NCBI GenBank assembly: GCA_965224085.1
Contig: CBDCYI010000004.1
Location: forward strand, 128,001 to 192,000
Direction: 5' to 3'
Origin: Candidatus Marinacidobacterales bacterium
GTDB taxonomy: Bacteria > Acidobacteriota > Vicinamibacteria > Marinacidobacterales > SMYC01
DNA length: 64,000 bases
Shown piece after piece: positions 49,618-59,291 of the stretch. The position numbers were made by a program, and so were the translations under genes. The notes beneath the pieces were generated by a model. The model worked only from the letters and a program-made list of their open reading frames with translations. It ran no database searches and had not been told where the DNA came from. Within the stretch, counting starts at the first letter, position 1; each line of letters starts with the position of its first letter.

Positions 49618-51342
49618 CTACCCTTCGAGGTGTTTGTAGTGGTCCAAGTGGCGCACGGGCTTGCTGAGTGCGTCCCGCCGGAACGGTTCGGCAAGCACGT
49701 TCTCGCCCCCCTCGATCACGGCTTCGATGACGCACGGTTTCTCCGAAGCCACCGCCTGCTGCACAGCATCTTGAACTTCCTGATAGTCCTCGACGCGAAT
49801 CCCTTTCGCACCCATGTCTTCAGCAAGCCGCGCGTAGCTAGGGCTCTTCGAAAGGTCGGTGCCGACGAAGCGATTGTCGTAGTAGTCGATTTGGTTCTTC
49901 TTCTCGGCGCCCCATTCGTGATTCTGGAAAATAACGGCGATGACCGGGATGTCCTCGCGCACCGCCGTCATGACTTCCGAGAGCCCGCTGATGCCCCATG
50001 CGCCGTCGCCTTGGAGCGCGAAAACCGGACGCCCCGGCGCGCCGATTTTCGCGCCGAGCGCGGCGCCATAGGCGAAGCCGCAATTGCCCCAGGAAAGCGC
50101 GGGGAAGAACTGCCGGGGGCCGGTGAACTTCAAGTAAGCGTTCGACATCGAGCAGTTGTTGCCGACGTCGGTCGTGACGATGGCCGCCTTCGGGATCGCG
50201 GCCGCGAGCTCGCGCAAAAATCGCCTCGGGTGCATGAGCTTCGCCGTCGACGACGAGGTGGACTCGAGCTCTTCGTCCCAAGAGCGTCGCGCGGCTTCGA
50301 CCTCGTCCATGCGCTCACGATTGGGCACGAGCTCCCATCCGCTTCGAAGCGACGAAAGGAGCTCGGCCGCGAACGCGCGCGCGTCGGCGAGCACCGCCAT
50401 CTCGACCCGTTGGGTCAAGCCGAGCATCTTCGGATCGATGTCGACTTGGATGACTTTCGCGTCTTTGGGCCAATACTCGATGTCGTATTGCGGCAGCGTG
50501 CCGAAAGGACCGAGCCGGCTGCCGAGCGCGAGCACAACGTCGGCCTTCCCCATCGTGCGCATGGCAGCTTTCGATCCGCAATAGCCGATCGGCCCGACAG
50601 AGAGCGGATGGTCCGCAGGAAACGAATCGTTGTGCAAGTAGCTATTGACGACCGGCGCCGACAGGTGCTCAGCAAGCGCACGGGTCTCATCGACAGCATT
50701 TCCCATCGAAACGCCGCCGCCCGCAAGGATGACGGGATAGCGAGCCTTCGCAAGAAGCGCCGACGCTTCTTCGATCTGCTCCCGCGGCCCCGCGCCACGC
50801 GCAAGTTCCGGCGTTTTATAGATCTCGTCTTCACACGACCCGTAGAAATAGTCCCGCGGAATGTTGAGTTGGGTCGGACCGTTCTCGGCCTTCGCCATGT
50901 AGAAGCAGCGCCGTGCGAGCTCGGCCATCCGGTCGGGCCGGTTCAAGCGTACTTGATACTTCACGCTCTTTTCGAACATCGACATTTGGTCGAGCTCTTG
51001 AAAGCCGCCTTTGCCGATCCCGCCTGAGCCCGTCTCGGGCGTCAGCGCCACAACCGGCGAGTGCGCCCAAAGGGCGGCTGTGACCGCGGAGACGAGGTTG
51101 GCGATCCCAGGCCCGTTCTGAGCAATGCACGTCTGCGGGCGGCCGGTGACGCGCGCCAGGCCGTCCGCAGCATGCGCCGCCGCCTGCTCGTGAGCGACAG
51201 AGATGAAGCGGATGCCCGCATCGGGAAACAAATCGAGCGCGTCCATGAACGCGGAGCCGACGAGCCCAAAACAGACCTCGACGCCTTCGGCGCGCATGGT
51301 TTCCACGAGAGCTTCGCTCGGCGTCATCTGGAGCTTTGCCAT
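49618..51342 (-). CDS. xsc: Sulfoacetaldehyde acetyltransferase (ThDP-dependent)
   Basis: MTPSEA.VE, GSAFMD, AQNGPGI.N, GYCGSKAAM, FGTLPQY, GDGAWG, WGAEKKNQ, EPFRRDA. Confidence 0.92.
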   Translation of the reverse strand: MAKLQMTPSEALVETMRAEGVEVCFGLVGSAFMDALDLFPDAGIRFISVAHEQAAAHAADGLARVTGRPQTCIAQNGPGIANLVSAVTAALWAHSPVVALTPETGSGGIGKGGFQELDQMSMFEKSVKYQVRLNRPDRMAELARRCFYMAKAENGPTQLNIPRDYFYGSCEDEIYKTPELARGAGPREQIEEASALLAKARYPVILAGGGVSMGNAVDETRALAEHLSAPVVNSYLHNDSFPADHPLSVGPIGYCGSKAAMRTMGKADVVLALGSRLGPFGTLPQYDIEYWPKDAKVIQVDIDPKMLGLTQRVEMAVLADARAFAAELLSSLRSGWELVPNRERMDEVEAARRSWDEELESTSSSTAKLMHPRRFLRELAAAIPKAAIVTTDVGNNCSMSNAYLKFTGPRQFFPALSWGNCGFAYGAALGAKIGAPGRPVFALQGDGAWGISGLSEVMTAVREDIPVIAVIFQNHEWGAEKKNQIDYYDNRFVGTDLSKSPSYARLAEDMGAKGIRVEDYQEVQDAVQQAVASEKPCVIEAVIEGGENVLAEPFRRDALSKPVRHLDHYKHLEG

Positions 51343-51494
51343 TCGTTTTCTCCTTAAATGTAATGCTCGCGCGCTCCTCGCGCGCTCGCCCAGTGTGCCG
51401 TCGGCCCATTCGGGCCGGGCTCGCTCCGAGAGGCACTGCGCGACCACTGTGCTACAGTTCATCGCACGTTCGAGGTGGTCCCGTCAAGCCGGAC

Positions 51495-52100
51495 ATGCAT
51501 GAACAACGCGTAGAGCTCGAGAAATCACTTCGCCCGCTGCACGTCGCGTCGCTGGCACTCGGGTGCATCATCGGCTGGGGCTGTTTCGTTCTAGCCGGGG
51601 ACTTCCTTGCACGCGCAGGACCGCTCGGCGCCACCATCGGACTTCTCGCGGGCGCAGCTTTGATGCTGCTCATCGTCGAAAGCTATGGCCCGCTCGTCGA
51701 GCGATTCCCCGTCGCCGGCGCCGAGTTCGCGCACGCCTACTACGCCGCGGGGCGCTACCACGCCTACCTCTGCGGCTGGTTCCTGACGCTCGGCTATCTC
51801 TCGATCATCCCGCTGAACGCAACGGTGCTCGCGCTCCTCGGGAAATTCCTCGCCCCCGAGCTCTTCGCCCGCGGCCTCCTCTATAGCGTCGCAGGATGGA
51901 ACGTCTATCTCGGAGAAGTGCTCCTGGCGTCAACCGCGATCCTCCTCGTTGGTTACTTCAACTACCGCAGTGTCCGAAGCGTCGGCGTCTTCCAGCTCGT
52001 ACTCACGAGCGTCCTCGTTGGCACCGTTGTGCTCATCGCCATCGGCACTTTCCTATCACCGGGGAGCGCGGTCGAGAATTTTCGTCCATTGTTCACGTCC
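51495..52100 (+). pseudogene. APC amino-acid permease, 3'-truncated
   Basis: LGCIIGWG, PVAGAEF. Permease-like sequence ends at ENFRPLF, followed by unrelated sequence. Confidence 0.8.
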
Positions 52101-52211
52101 GGAGACATAAGCCATAGCGAGAAAGACGGCTCCCGTGCCGCTGGCTGCGTTTGCGAGGGTGAACAGATCGGCGACATGGAACGAGCGAATCATAGAGAAG
52201 CGGCGTGTCAC
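52097..52211 (-). pseudogene. N-terminal fragment of a PssA-like CDP-alcohol phosphatidyltransferase
   Basis: RRFSMIRSFHVADLFTLANAASGTGAVFLAM. Confidence 0.6.
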
Positions 52212-52286
52212 CCTTGGATCTTACGCGACTCGGGACGGGCCAACCAACTTCCGACATGAGCCCTCGAGGATCGCTCGAGTGACCTG

Positions 52287-52682
52287 CTAGGCCTCTTGAA
52301 CCTCGCGGCGAAGCTCAGCCGCTAGCTCAATCCCACTCAGCCCCAGAAGAATTACGACAAATGCCCAAAGAATCACGGCGCCATGCGGCGTCAGGTCAAG
52401 GCGACCAGAAAGCAACCAGGCGGCCAGCGCGATACCGAAGCAAGTATTGATGGTCAATGCCCCGCCCAGGCCAAGACCGCTGATCTTGGCCCCCCGTCGC
52501 GGGAGCTCCATGAGAAGAGCGACGCCAATACCAAACAAGACGGCGCCAAATAGACTCGGATAGAAACGGTGTTCGATTCCAGGAATCCCGAGCCAAGCAG
52601 TGAGTCGCATCGGTAAGACAATCAGAAGCCAGCCGAGAACTACGTTGCCAATGCCATCAACGACGAGAAGTTCCTTCTTCAT
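52287..52682 (-). CDS. Hypothetical membrane protein
   Basis: GGAGG RBS; four hydrophobic segments; FYPSLFGAVLFGIG. Confidence 0.7.
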   Translation of the reverse strand: MKKELLVVDGIGNVVLGWLLIVLPMRLTAWLGIPGIEHRFYPSLFGAVLFGIGVALLMELPRRGAKISGLGLGGALTINTCFGIALAAWLLSGRLDLTPHGAVILWAFVVILLGLSGIELAAELRREVQEA

Positions 52683-52805
52683 GATCATCCTCCTCATGGA
52701 TATATACAGCTCTGCTTGTCGGTTGTCACGTTCGCCGCCCGGAAAAGCCAAGCCGTGCTCGTTGCGTCGAACCGCCGAGGCCGGCATCATGGAGAAAGGT
52801 CTCCG

Positions 52806-53693
52806 ATGTTCGACCCCAGCAAAGAACAACGGCAAGGCGCTTGGATCGTACTGGCACTCTACGGTGCTGCGGCGGCTGTTCCGCCGCTCGCTTCTCACTG
52901 GATGACGCGCGAGCTCCACTCGGGCTCGGGGCCGCATAGCGGGATGGGCCTACCTTTGGTTCTGGGCGGCCTCGCGTTCGTCGGGCTGGCGAGCCTCGCA
53001 CTTGGGCTGGTGGGAACGATCCTCGTCATCTACGGGGCCGTTTGAATGACGATGCACGGGCCCGTCTATCTGCTGACCAGTCTTCTCGCCACGTTTCTGG
53101 CTCTCACTCCCGTCCTCATGGGCTGGAACGAGCTCAACGAGCCTTGTGCACGTGCCGATTTCGACCCCGGCGATTGCACGGCCTGTGCCGTGGAGGGAGC
53201 GTGTGTTCTGCCTTGGGGAGGCGCCTCCATCGGAATCAAATCGGTAGGGGAGTGCCGCTCCGAACGCCGACACGGTGAGTGGATTTTTCGTGACAAGGAA
53301 AAACACAAGATCGCGTCCTTTGCATTCGCAAACGGTGTGCGCCATGGGCCCTTCGAGACGAACACGATTCGCGGCGCTTACGCCAACGGATTGCGCGACG
53401 GCGATTGGTCGTGGCACCAATTCGAGCGGACCCAGAAGCTAGGCCGCTACGTCGAGGGACTGGCCGACGGACGCTGGGCATGCTTCGACCGCGTTGGTGA
53501 GGAGGAGCTCTCGTGGGTGCTCTTCGATCGGGGCGAAGTGTTGGAGGGAAATGGAAACGTCTATCTCGATGGATACATTGAGTCGGCGGTTAATGCGGCA
53601 GGGAAGCTCGTCCCGGCCGGCATTTTTTGCGACGATGCCGAGCCCTCCGACATGGTCTTCGGTCGCATGTTCGAGTTTCGATCGGGATCTTGA
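52806..53693 (+). pseudogene. Membrane-anchored MORN-variant repeat protein split by an in-frame TGA at 53043-53045
   Basis: ORFs ending at 53045 and starting at 53046 are in frame. Repeats NGVRHGPF, NGLRDGDW, EGLADGRW. Confidence 0.55.
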
Positions 53694-53789
53694 ACGAGCA
53701 TTCGAGCGACCCACTGTCTTGCGGTCACGACGCGCACGTGCTAGCGTGCCGGGAAGTGATGCGACCCATGATTGAGGTATAGCCCAGAC

Positions 53790-54077
53790 ATGAACTCGCT
53801 GGCGCGGTTTCGGCAGTCCCCACGGTGGCTGGTTCTGCTGATCGGCTTCGCAGCGCTAACGGTCACCACTGCTTCGCTCGTCCCTCACGACGCGGGCAAA
53901 AGCGAGGACTTGGATTGTCTCGTCTGCGGCGCAGGTCGCCAGCCACTTACCGCATTATCGGCCGTGTCTCTTGCCCAGCCACTTCTGGCCCTCACTGCAC
54001 CGACGCCCGGCTACCGGGTCATGTTTACGTGGGTCCCGGTCATCGGTTCCGGGTCGCCGCGCGCCCCTCCCGCGTAA
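53790..54077 (+). CDS. DUF2946-like leader peptide (TM, CxxC, C-terminal RAPP)
   Basis: PHD...DCLVC...SPRAPPA*, immediately upstream of a TonB-dependent receptor. Confidence 0.75.
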   Translation: MNSLARFRQSPRWLVLLIGFAALTVTTASLVPHDAGKSEDLDCLVCGAGRQPLTALSAVSLAQPLLALTAPTPGYRVMFTWVPVIGSGSPRAPPA

Positions 54078-54139
54078 CTCCCTCTCCACCCAGGCTCGCT
54101 TTCAGGTGAGTCGGGGAATTTTGAACAGGGAGTAGTTGT

Positions 54140-56434
54140 GTGAGATTTCCTATTTTGTTGTTGTCGACGTACATAGCGATCGGATTTGGATCCGACGCTC
54201 TGGCGCAGGACAGCGGAACCGTGACCGGTACGGTAACACTCGAGGCGACCGGTGAGCCCGTTCACGGGGCCGTGGTGCTCCTCATCGGCCTCGGGCAATT
54301 CACGACGACGGATGGCTACGGACGCTACACGATTGCGAACGTGCCACCGGGAATGTACCAACTGCTGGTCGAGCGGGAGCATTTGACGGCGGAGCGGCAA
54401 GACGTCACGGTTGGCGCGGACGAGGCCGTGGAGCTTTCGGTAACGCTAGCGCTCTCGCCCTTCCACGAACAAGTCACAGTAACAACGAGCGTTCGCGGTG
54501 AATCGACCGCGCTCGAGCAGTTCAATGCGGTCACCTCGCTGGATTCCTTCGAGCTGTCGAAGGACATGCAGGGAAACATTGGTGAAGCCCTCCAGAACGA
54601 GGCCGGAGTCGCGAAGCGAAGCTTCGGCCCCGCGCCGAGCCGGCCTATCATTCGCGGCTTCGACAACGATCGCGTGCTCATCATGAACGACGGGACCCGC
54701 ACCGGCGACCTCTCGAGCCAATCGGCCGACCACAACGTGACGATCGATCCAGCGAACCTCGAGCGCATCGAGATCGTCAAAGGGCCGGCAACCCTCTTGT
54801 ATGGATCCAACGCGGTTGGCGGCGTCGTGAACGCGATCAGTCCGCAGGACAGCTTCCGACGCTCGCAACCACAAGGGCTGAGGGGTCAAGTAGTGTTCGA
54901 CGCCGGCTCCGCGAACGCGCAGTTGGGCGGCAACGCCAACTTCAGGTATGGCAGCGGTCGGTGGATGGCGTGGGGCGGCGGCGGCACACGGAAGACAGGC
55001 GACTACGATACTCCAGCAGACACGGTCAAAAACTCCCAATCGGAACTGACCAATGGCAGCGTCGGCACCGGTTATTACGGGCCGCGGGCGTTCATGAGCG
55101 TGGGATACGGCATCGAGGACGGTCGTTTCGGCATCCCGGGGGCCGCCGAGCTTCACGGCCACGACGATGACGGTGAACGCGAAGACGAGGCGTTTTTTCT
55201 CGACAACGAGCAGCGGCGGCACAACCTCCGCTTCGACGTCGGCGTTCAGGAGCTGACTGATAGCCTCGGCGTCAACATTCTCAACTCCGCGCGCGTTACT
55301 ATTCAGCGCATCGACTACAACCAAAACGAGCTCGAGATCGAAAGCGGTGTCGAAAGCATTGGGACCACCTTCAACAACGACATCTATCTCCTCCGAGCGG
55401 AGCTCGAGCAAGCAAGGACGTCGAATCTATCCGGAAGGTTTGGTCTCTGGTACAAGAACCGCGACTACGACGTCATTGGAGCGGAGGCGCTCGCACCGCG
55501 CACCAAGCAGAACGCTCTTGCCGGCTTTGCTTATGAAGAGCTCACGGTTGGACCCGCCTTGACGCTCTCCTTCGGAGCTCGCGTCGAGCACAACGCCTAT
55601 GACCCACAAGCGCGGCTCGCGCCAGCTGAGTCCGACGGGCGCGATGAAGAACCCCCGCCGGCGATCCCTCGCTCATTCACTGGCTTGTCTGGCTCATTCG
55701 GACTGCGCTACGACTTGACGAGCTCGGCCGCGCTCGTCGGCAACATCACGACGTCGCACCGTCCTCCTGCGCTCGAGGAGCTCTACAACTTCGGTCCTCA
55801 TATCGGAAACCTCGCCTTCGAGGTCGGTGATTCGACGCTCGAGCACGAGCGCATCAATGGTCTCGACGTCGGCATCAAAGCGCGGACCAGCAGTGTCGAC
55901 GCGAACTTCAACGTTTTCTACTACGACATGGACAACTTCATGTTCTGGTCGTTCCAGGACGAGATCGTAGACGGGCTCCGGCTCGCGGAAATCCGGCAGG
56001 ATGCGGCTCGGTTCGTCGGGTTCGACGCGCAAGCGAATTTCCGGCTCAGCAAATTCCTGTGGCTCAAAGCCGGGTTTGGCCTCGTCAACGCCAAGCTGAC
56101 GGAAATCGACGAACATGTGCCGAGGATTCCCCCGTTTCACGGACGCGTGGAGCTCGAGATTCCTTGGAATGCCTTGACGGTCACCCCGGAGCTCGTCTGG
56201 TCGGCGAGTCAAGACAAGATCTTCAGCGTGGGCGAGACTGAAACGGACGGCTATGCTGCTTTCAACTTCAAAGTGCAGTACACGCTCGCGCGAACGCATT
56301 CGGCGCACATTTTCTCGGTCAACGCCTACAACTTGACGAACGAGCTCTACCGGATGCACACGAACTTCATCAAGGAGCTCGCGCCGGAGATCGGGCGCGG
56401 GATCAAGTTCACCTATTCGCTGCGCTTCTTTTAG
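54140..56434 (+). CDS. TonB-dependent receptor with N-terminal carboxypeptidase-regulatory-like domain (ZnuD-like metal uptake candidate)
   Basis: RPIIRG, DH, IEIVKGPATLLYGSNAVGGVVN, His/acidic loop, C-terminal Phe. Confidence 0.9.
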   Translation: MRFPILLLSTYIAIGFGSDALAQDSGTVTGTVTLEATGEPVHGAVVLLIGLGQFTTTDGYGRYTIANVPPGMYQLLVEREHLTAERQDVTVGADEAVELSVTLALSPFHEQVTVTTSVRGESTALEQFNAVTSLDSFELSKDMQGNIGEALQNEAGVAKRSFGPAPSRPIIRGFDNDRVLIMNDGTRTGDLSSQSADHNVTIDPANLERIEIVKGPATLLYGSNAVGGVVNAISPQDSFRRSQPQGLRGQVVFDAGSANAQLGGNANFRYGSGRWMAWGGGGTRKTGDYDTPADTVKNSQSELTNGSVGTGYYGPRAFMSVGYGIEDGRFGIPGAAELHGHDDDGEREDEAFFLDNEQRRHNLRFDVGVQELTDSLGVNILNSARVTIQRIDYNQNELEIESGVESIGTTFNNDIYLLRAELEQARTSNLSGRFGLWYKNRDYDVIGAEALAPRTKQNALAGFAYEELTVGPALTLSFGARVEHNAYDPQARLAPAESDGRDEEPPPAIPRSFTGLSGSFGLRYDLTSSAALVGNITTSHRPPALEELYNFGPHIGNLAFEVGDSTLEHERINGLDVGIKARTSSVDANFNVFYYDMDNFMFWSFQDEIVDGLRLAEIRQDAARFVGFDAQANFRLSKFLWLKAGFGLVNAKLTEIDEHVPRIPPFHGRVELEIPWNALTVTPELVWSASQDKIFSVGETETDGYAAFNFKVQYTLARTHSAHIFSVNAYNLTNELYRMHTNFIKELAPEIGRGIKFTYSLRFF

Positions 56435-57240
56435 CTTGGCTTCACTTGGTTTCTTAAGCGGTCCAGCCGCAGTCGATGGCGCTCGTCGAAAAGACGCCGC
56501 GCCGTCAACGCGACCGACACGAAAACCCCGAAACCCGTACCCGCGGCGACGAGAAACATGATCAAGATCTGATATTTCACCGCTTCGACGGGCGGACTTC
56601 CCGCGAGGATCTGTCCCGTCATCATCCCCGGCAAGCTCACGAGCCCCGCCGCGGCCATCGAGTTCAGGATCGGCACCATCCCCGTTCTTACGCTTTCGCG
56701 TCTAAGATCGAGCGTCGCTTCTTCCCGCGACTGGCCGAGTAGGAGCCGTCCCTCGAGCACGCGTTTTTCCCGATACGCCACTTCGGTGAAACGGCCTGTC
56801 CCGAGCGCAACCCCATTCATGGTGTTTCCGAGAAGCATTCCGAGAAGCGGTATCGCGTATTGCGGCTGGTGCCAAGGCGTCGCGCCGATAACGGCCACGA
56901 GCGCGAAGACCGTGATCGAGAACGACGAGATAAACATGGAGAGCGCCCCGACGGAAAAGCCCCAAGCGCCTGCGAGCGGTCGCGTTTGACGCGCCCGCAC
57001 TTCCCTTCCCGCGGCCAAGAGCATGACCATCGCGATGGCCACGAGCCAAAGGAGCTCTTCGCTCTCAAAGAGCGTTCTAAGCACGAACCCCACGAGCATG
57101 AGCTGTATCGTCGTGCGCGTTGCGGCCAATAGGATCGAGCGCGTCAGACCGAGCGACGACCATAGGCTGAGCCCGGCGAGCGCGAGGACGAGGCCGGCGG
57201 CGATGGCGAGGTCGGTGGCGCCGAGCGAAATGACTCCCAT
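56431..57240 (-). CDS. fetB: FetB/YbbM-like ABC permease
   Basis: QL..VG.VL, IP..GMLLGN.M, GLVSLPGMMTGQILAG, YQI. Confidence 0.88.
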   Translation of the reverse strand: MGVISLGATDLAIAAGLVLALAGLSLWSSLGLTRSILLAATRTTIQLMLVGFVLRTLFESEELLWLVAIAMVMLLAAGREVRARQTRPLAGAWGFSVGALSMFISSFSITVFALVAVIGATPWHQPQYAIPLLGMLLGNTMNGVALGTGRFTEVAYREKRVLEGRLLLGQSREEATLDLRRESVRTGMVPILNSMAAAGLVSLPGMMTGQILAGSPPVEAVKYQILIMFLVAAGTGFGVFVSVALTARRLFDERHRLRLDRLRNQVKPS

Positions 57241-57244
57241 GGTG

Positions 57245-57841
57245 TCAGGCCGCCACCAAAAGTCCGTCGCGGAGTTCAAAGTGGCGCGAGGCGACCCGTC
57301 GCGCTTGCTCGCGGTCGTGGCTCACCCAAATCACTGGTGCCTCTTTGCCGCGACAGAAGCGCTCCACGAGTGCTTCGACCCGGGCGACATTGTCGGCATC
57401 GAGGCTCGCGGTTGGCTCGTCCAGCAAGAGAGCTTCCGGTCCAATCGCGAGGAGCCGCGCGAGCGCGAGACGCTGGCGCTCGCCTGTCGACAACCGATGC
57501 ACGTCAAAGCCGAGAATGTCGCGATCGAAGCCGAGCGCCAAAAGCTCATCGCCGCTATATCCCGCGGGAAAGTGCGGTGCCACGTCGTCCGCCCACCACG
57601 CGCTCTCCGGCGGAAGCATACCGAGACGCCGTCGCCACTCCGGCGCGGGCGTCGCCGCGCAGGGCGTTCCATCGAAGCGCACACTTCCCTCGTGAGCGTC
57701 GAGGTCTGCGAGCGCTCGTAGGAAGAGTGTTTTGCCCGAGCCGGACGCGCCCATCACCGACACGCATTCGGAAGACTCGATCGTGAGGTCGATCGGACCT
57801 CTAGAGAGGAATTGCAGCGCTTGAATCTCGAGTCGGCTCAT
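57245..57841 (-). CDS. ABC ATP-binding protein (FetA-like)
   Basis: GASGSGKT, LSTGERQR, LLLDEPT, SHD. Confidence 0.88.
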   Translation of the reverse strand: MSRLEIQALQFLSRGPIDLTIESSECVSVMGASGSGKTLFLRALADLDAHEGSVRFDGTPCAATPAPEWRRRLGMLPPESAWWADDVAPHFPAGYSGDELLALGFDRDILGFDVHRLSTGERQRLALARLLAIGPEALLLDEPTASLDADNVARVEALVERFCRGKEAPVIWVSHDREQARRVASRHFELRDGLLVAA

Positions 57842-57865
57842 CACGACGAACTCTACACCGCCTCT

Positions 57866-57894
57866 TTGACAGCGCCAAAGCCCTCCCGTAGGCT
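57866..57894 (+). promoter_or_regulatory. Sigma70-like promoter, probably leaderless transcript
   Basis: TTGACA-17-TAGGCT; 8 nt separate it from the ATG; no SD sequence. Confidence 0.55.
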
Positions 57895-57902
57895 TTCGCG
57901 CG

Positions 57903-59291
57903 ATGCGAAAAACGGTCTATCTCGCCATCGGGGTCGCGGTCATGCTCGGTGTCTACATTCTGCCGGCGCCGCCGCCGGTGGGCGACGCCCAGCTCACCCT
58001 TGAAGGCAAAGCTTGCCTGGCCGTCCTCGCCTTCGCCGTGGTGCTCTGGATCTCGGAAGCACTACCCTTCGCCGTCACGTCGCTCTTCGTGCTTCTCCTG
58101 ATACCGGCGTTTGGCGTCGAAGACTATGCGGCCGTCGTACGCACCGGTTTCGGCAACCCTATCATTACGTTCTTTCTCGGTGTCTTGTTGCTTTCGGCCG
58201 CGTTCAGCCGCTCGGGTCTCGGCCCCAGGCTCGCGCTCAACATCTTGCGCCGGGTCGGCACTCGAACGGATCGCGTACTCCTCGGGTTCCTCGTCGTGGG
58301 CGCCGCGCTCTCGATGTGGATTACAGATATGGCGGTCGCGGCGATCCTTCTCCCGCTCGGGGTGGGTGTCCTGCAGGATGCCGAGCTGAAGCCTCTCGAG
58401 AGTAATTTCGGTCGGGCGCTCATGATTGCCTGTGCCTTCGGACCGCTGATTGGCGGCATCGCGACGCCCGCCGGAACCGGTGCCAACCCCATCGCACTCA
58501 GCTATTTCAAAGAGCTCGCGGGCGTCGAGATCTCGTTTCTCGAATGGATGCGCTACGGCCTCCCCGCCGCCGCTCTCATGATCCCCATCGCTTGGCAAGT
58601 GCTGCTGCGGATTTTTCCTCCCGAGCTCGAAAAGCTGCCCATGGACGCGTCTGAGCTCGAGAAAAAGCTCGCCGCCCTCGGCCCGCTTACGCCCGCGGAG
58701 CTCAAGACGCTCGCCGTGTTCGGCATGACCATCACGCTGTGGCTCGCGACCTCGCTTCCGATCCAGGGGGTCGCACTCTTCGGCGGCATCACGCTCTTCC
58801 TACCGGGGATGAACGTGATGGGCTGGAAGGACGCGCAGCGGGACGTCGACTGGGGCGGCATCCTTCTTATTGTCGCCGGCATCTCGCTCGGGATGATGGT
58901 CTACGAGACGGGGGCGGCGGAGTGGATCGCTCTGGCCTTGATGGGGCGCATGGGCGACGTCCCCGCGATCTTTCGGCCTTTTCTCATCGTGCTCGGCGTG
59001 GCGTTGCTGCATCTGTTCTTTTCCAGCAACACCGTGACGAGCACGATCATCATGCCCATCCTCATCGCACTCGCCGCGAGCCTTGCGCTCGACCCGTGGA
59101 CACTCGCGGGTCCCGCGGCGTTTACGTCTTCCCTAGCTTTCATCCTCGTAACCGAGAGCCCGACCAACGTGATCCCTTATTCCTCCGGCTATTTCTCGAT
59201 CCGCGACATGGCCAAAGCGGGGATCGTCATGACTTTCTTCGCCGCGATCTGCGTCGCGGTTTCCATTCTCGTCATGGGAGCGTTCGAATGA
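57903..59291 (+). CDS. DASS/SLC13 family anion transporter
   Basis: WISEALP, GGIATPAGTGAN, SNT, PTNVI. Confidence 0.9.
   Translation: MRKTVYLAIGVAVMLGVYILPAPPPVGDAQLTLEGKACLAVLAFAVVLWISEALPFAVTSLFVLLLIPAFGVEDYAAVVRTGFGNPIITFFLGVLLLSAAFSRSGLGPRLALNILRRVGTRTDRVLLGFLVVGAALSMWITDMAVAAILLPLGVGVLQDAELKPLESNFGRALMIACAFGPLIGGIATPAGTGANPIALSYFKELAGVEISFLEWMRYGLPAAALMIPIAWQVLLRIFPPELEKLPMDASELEKKLAALGPLTPAELKTLAVFGMTITLWLATSLPIQGVALFGGITLFLPGMNVMGWKDAQRDVDWGGILLIVAGISLGMMVYETGAAEWIALALMGRMGDVPAIFRPFLIVLGVALLHLFFSSNTVTSTIIMPILIALAASLALDPWTLAGPAAFTSSLAFILVTESPTNVIPYSSGYFSIRDMAKAGIVMTFFAAICVAVSILVMGAFE

Noticed and set aside
48694-51027. 777-aa plus-strand ORF and many other long overlapping ORFs
   Set aside because: Antisense shadows of real genes (xsc, amidohydrolase and others) in GC-rich DNA; Arg-rich and motif-free.
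3331-53045. Stop-codon recoding (in-frame TAG at 3331, TGA at 53043)
   Set aside because: TAG and TGA end many intact genes here and no selenocysteine or pyrrolysine context is visible. Nonsense mutation or sequencing error is simpler.
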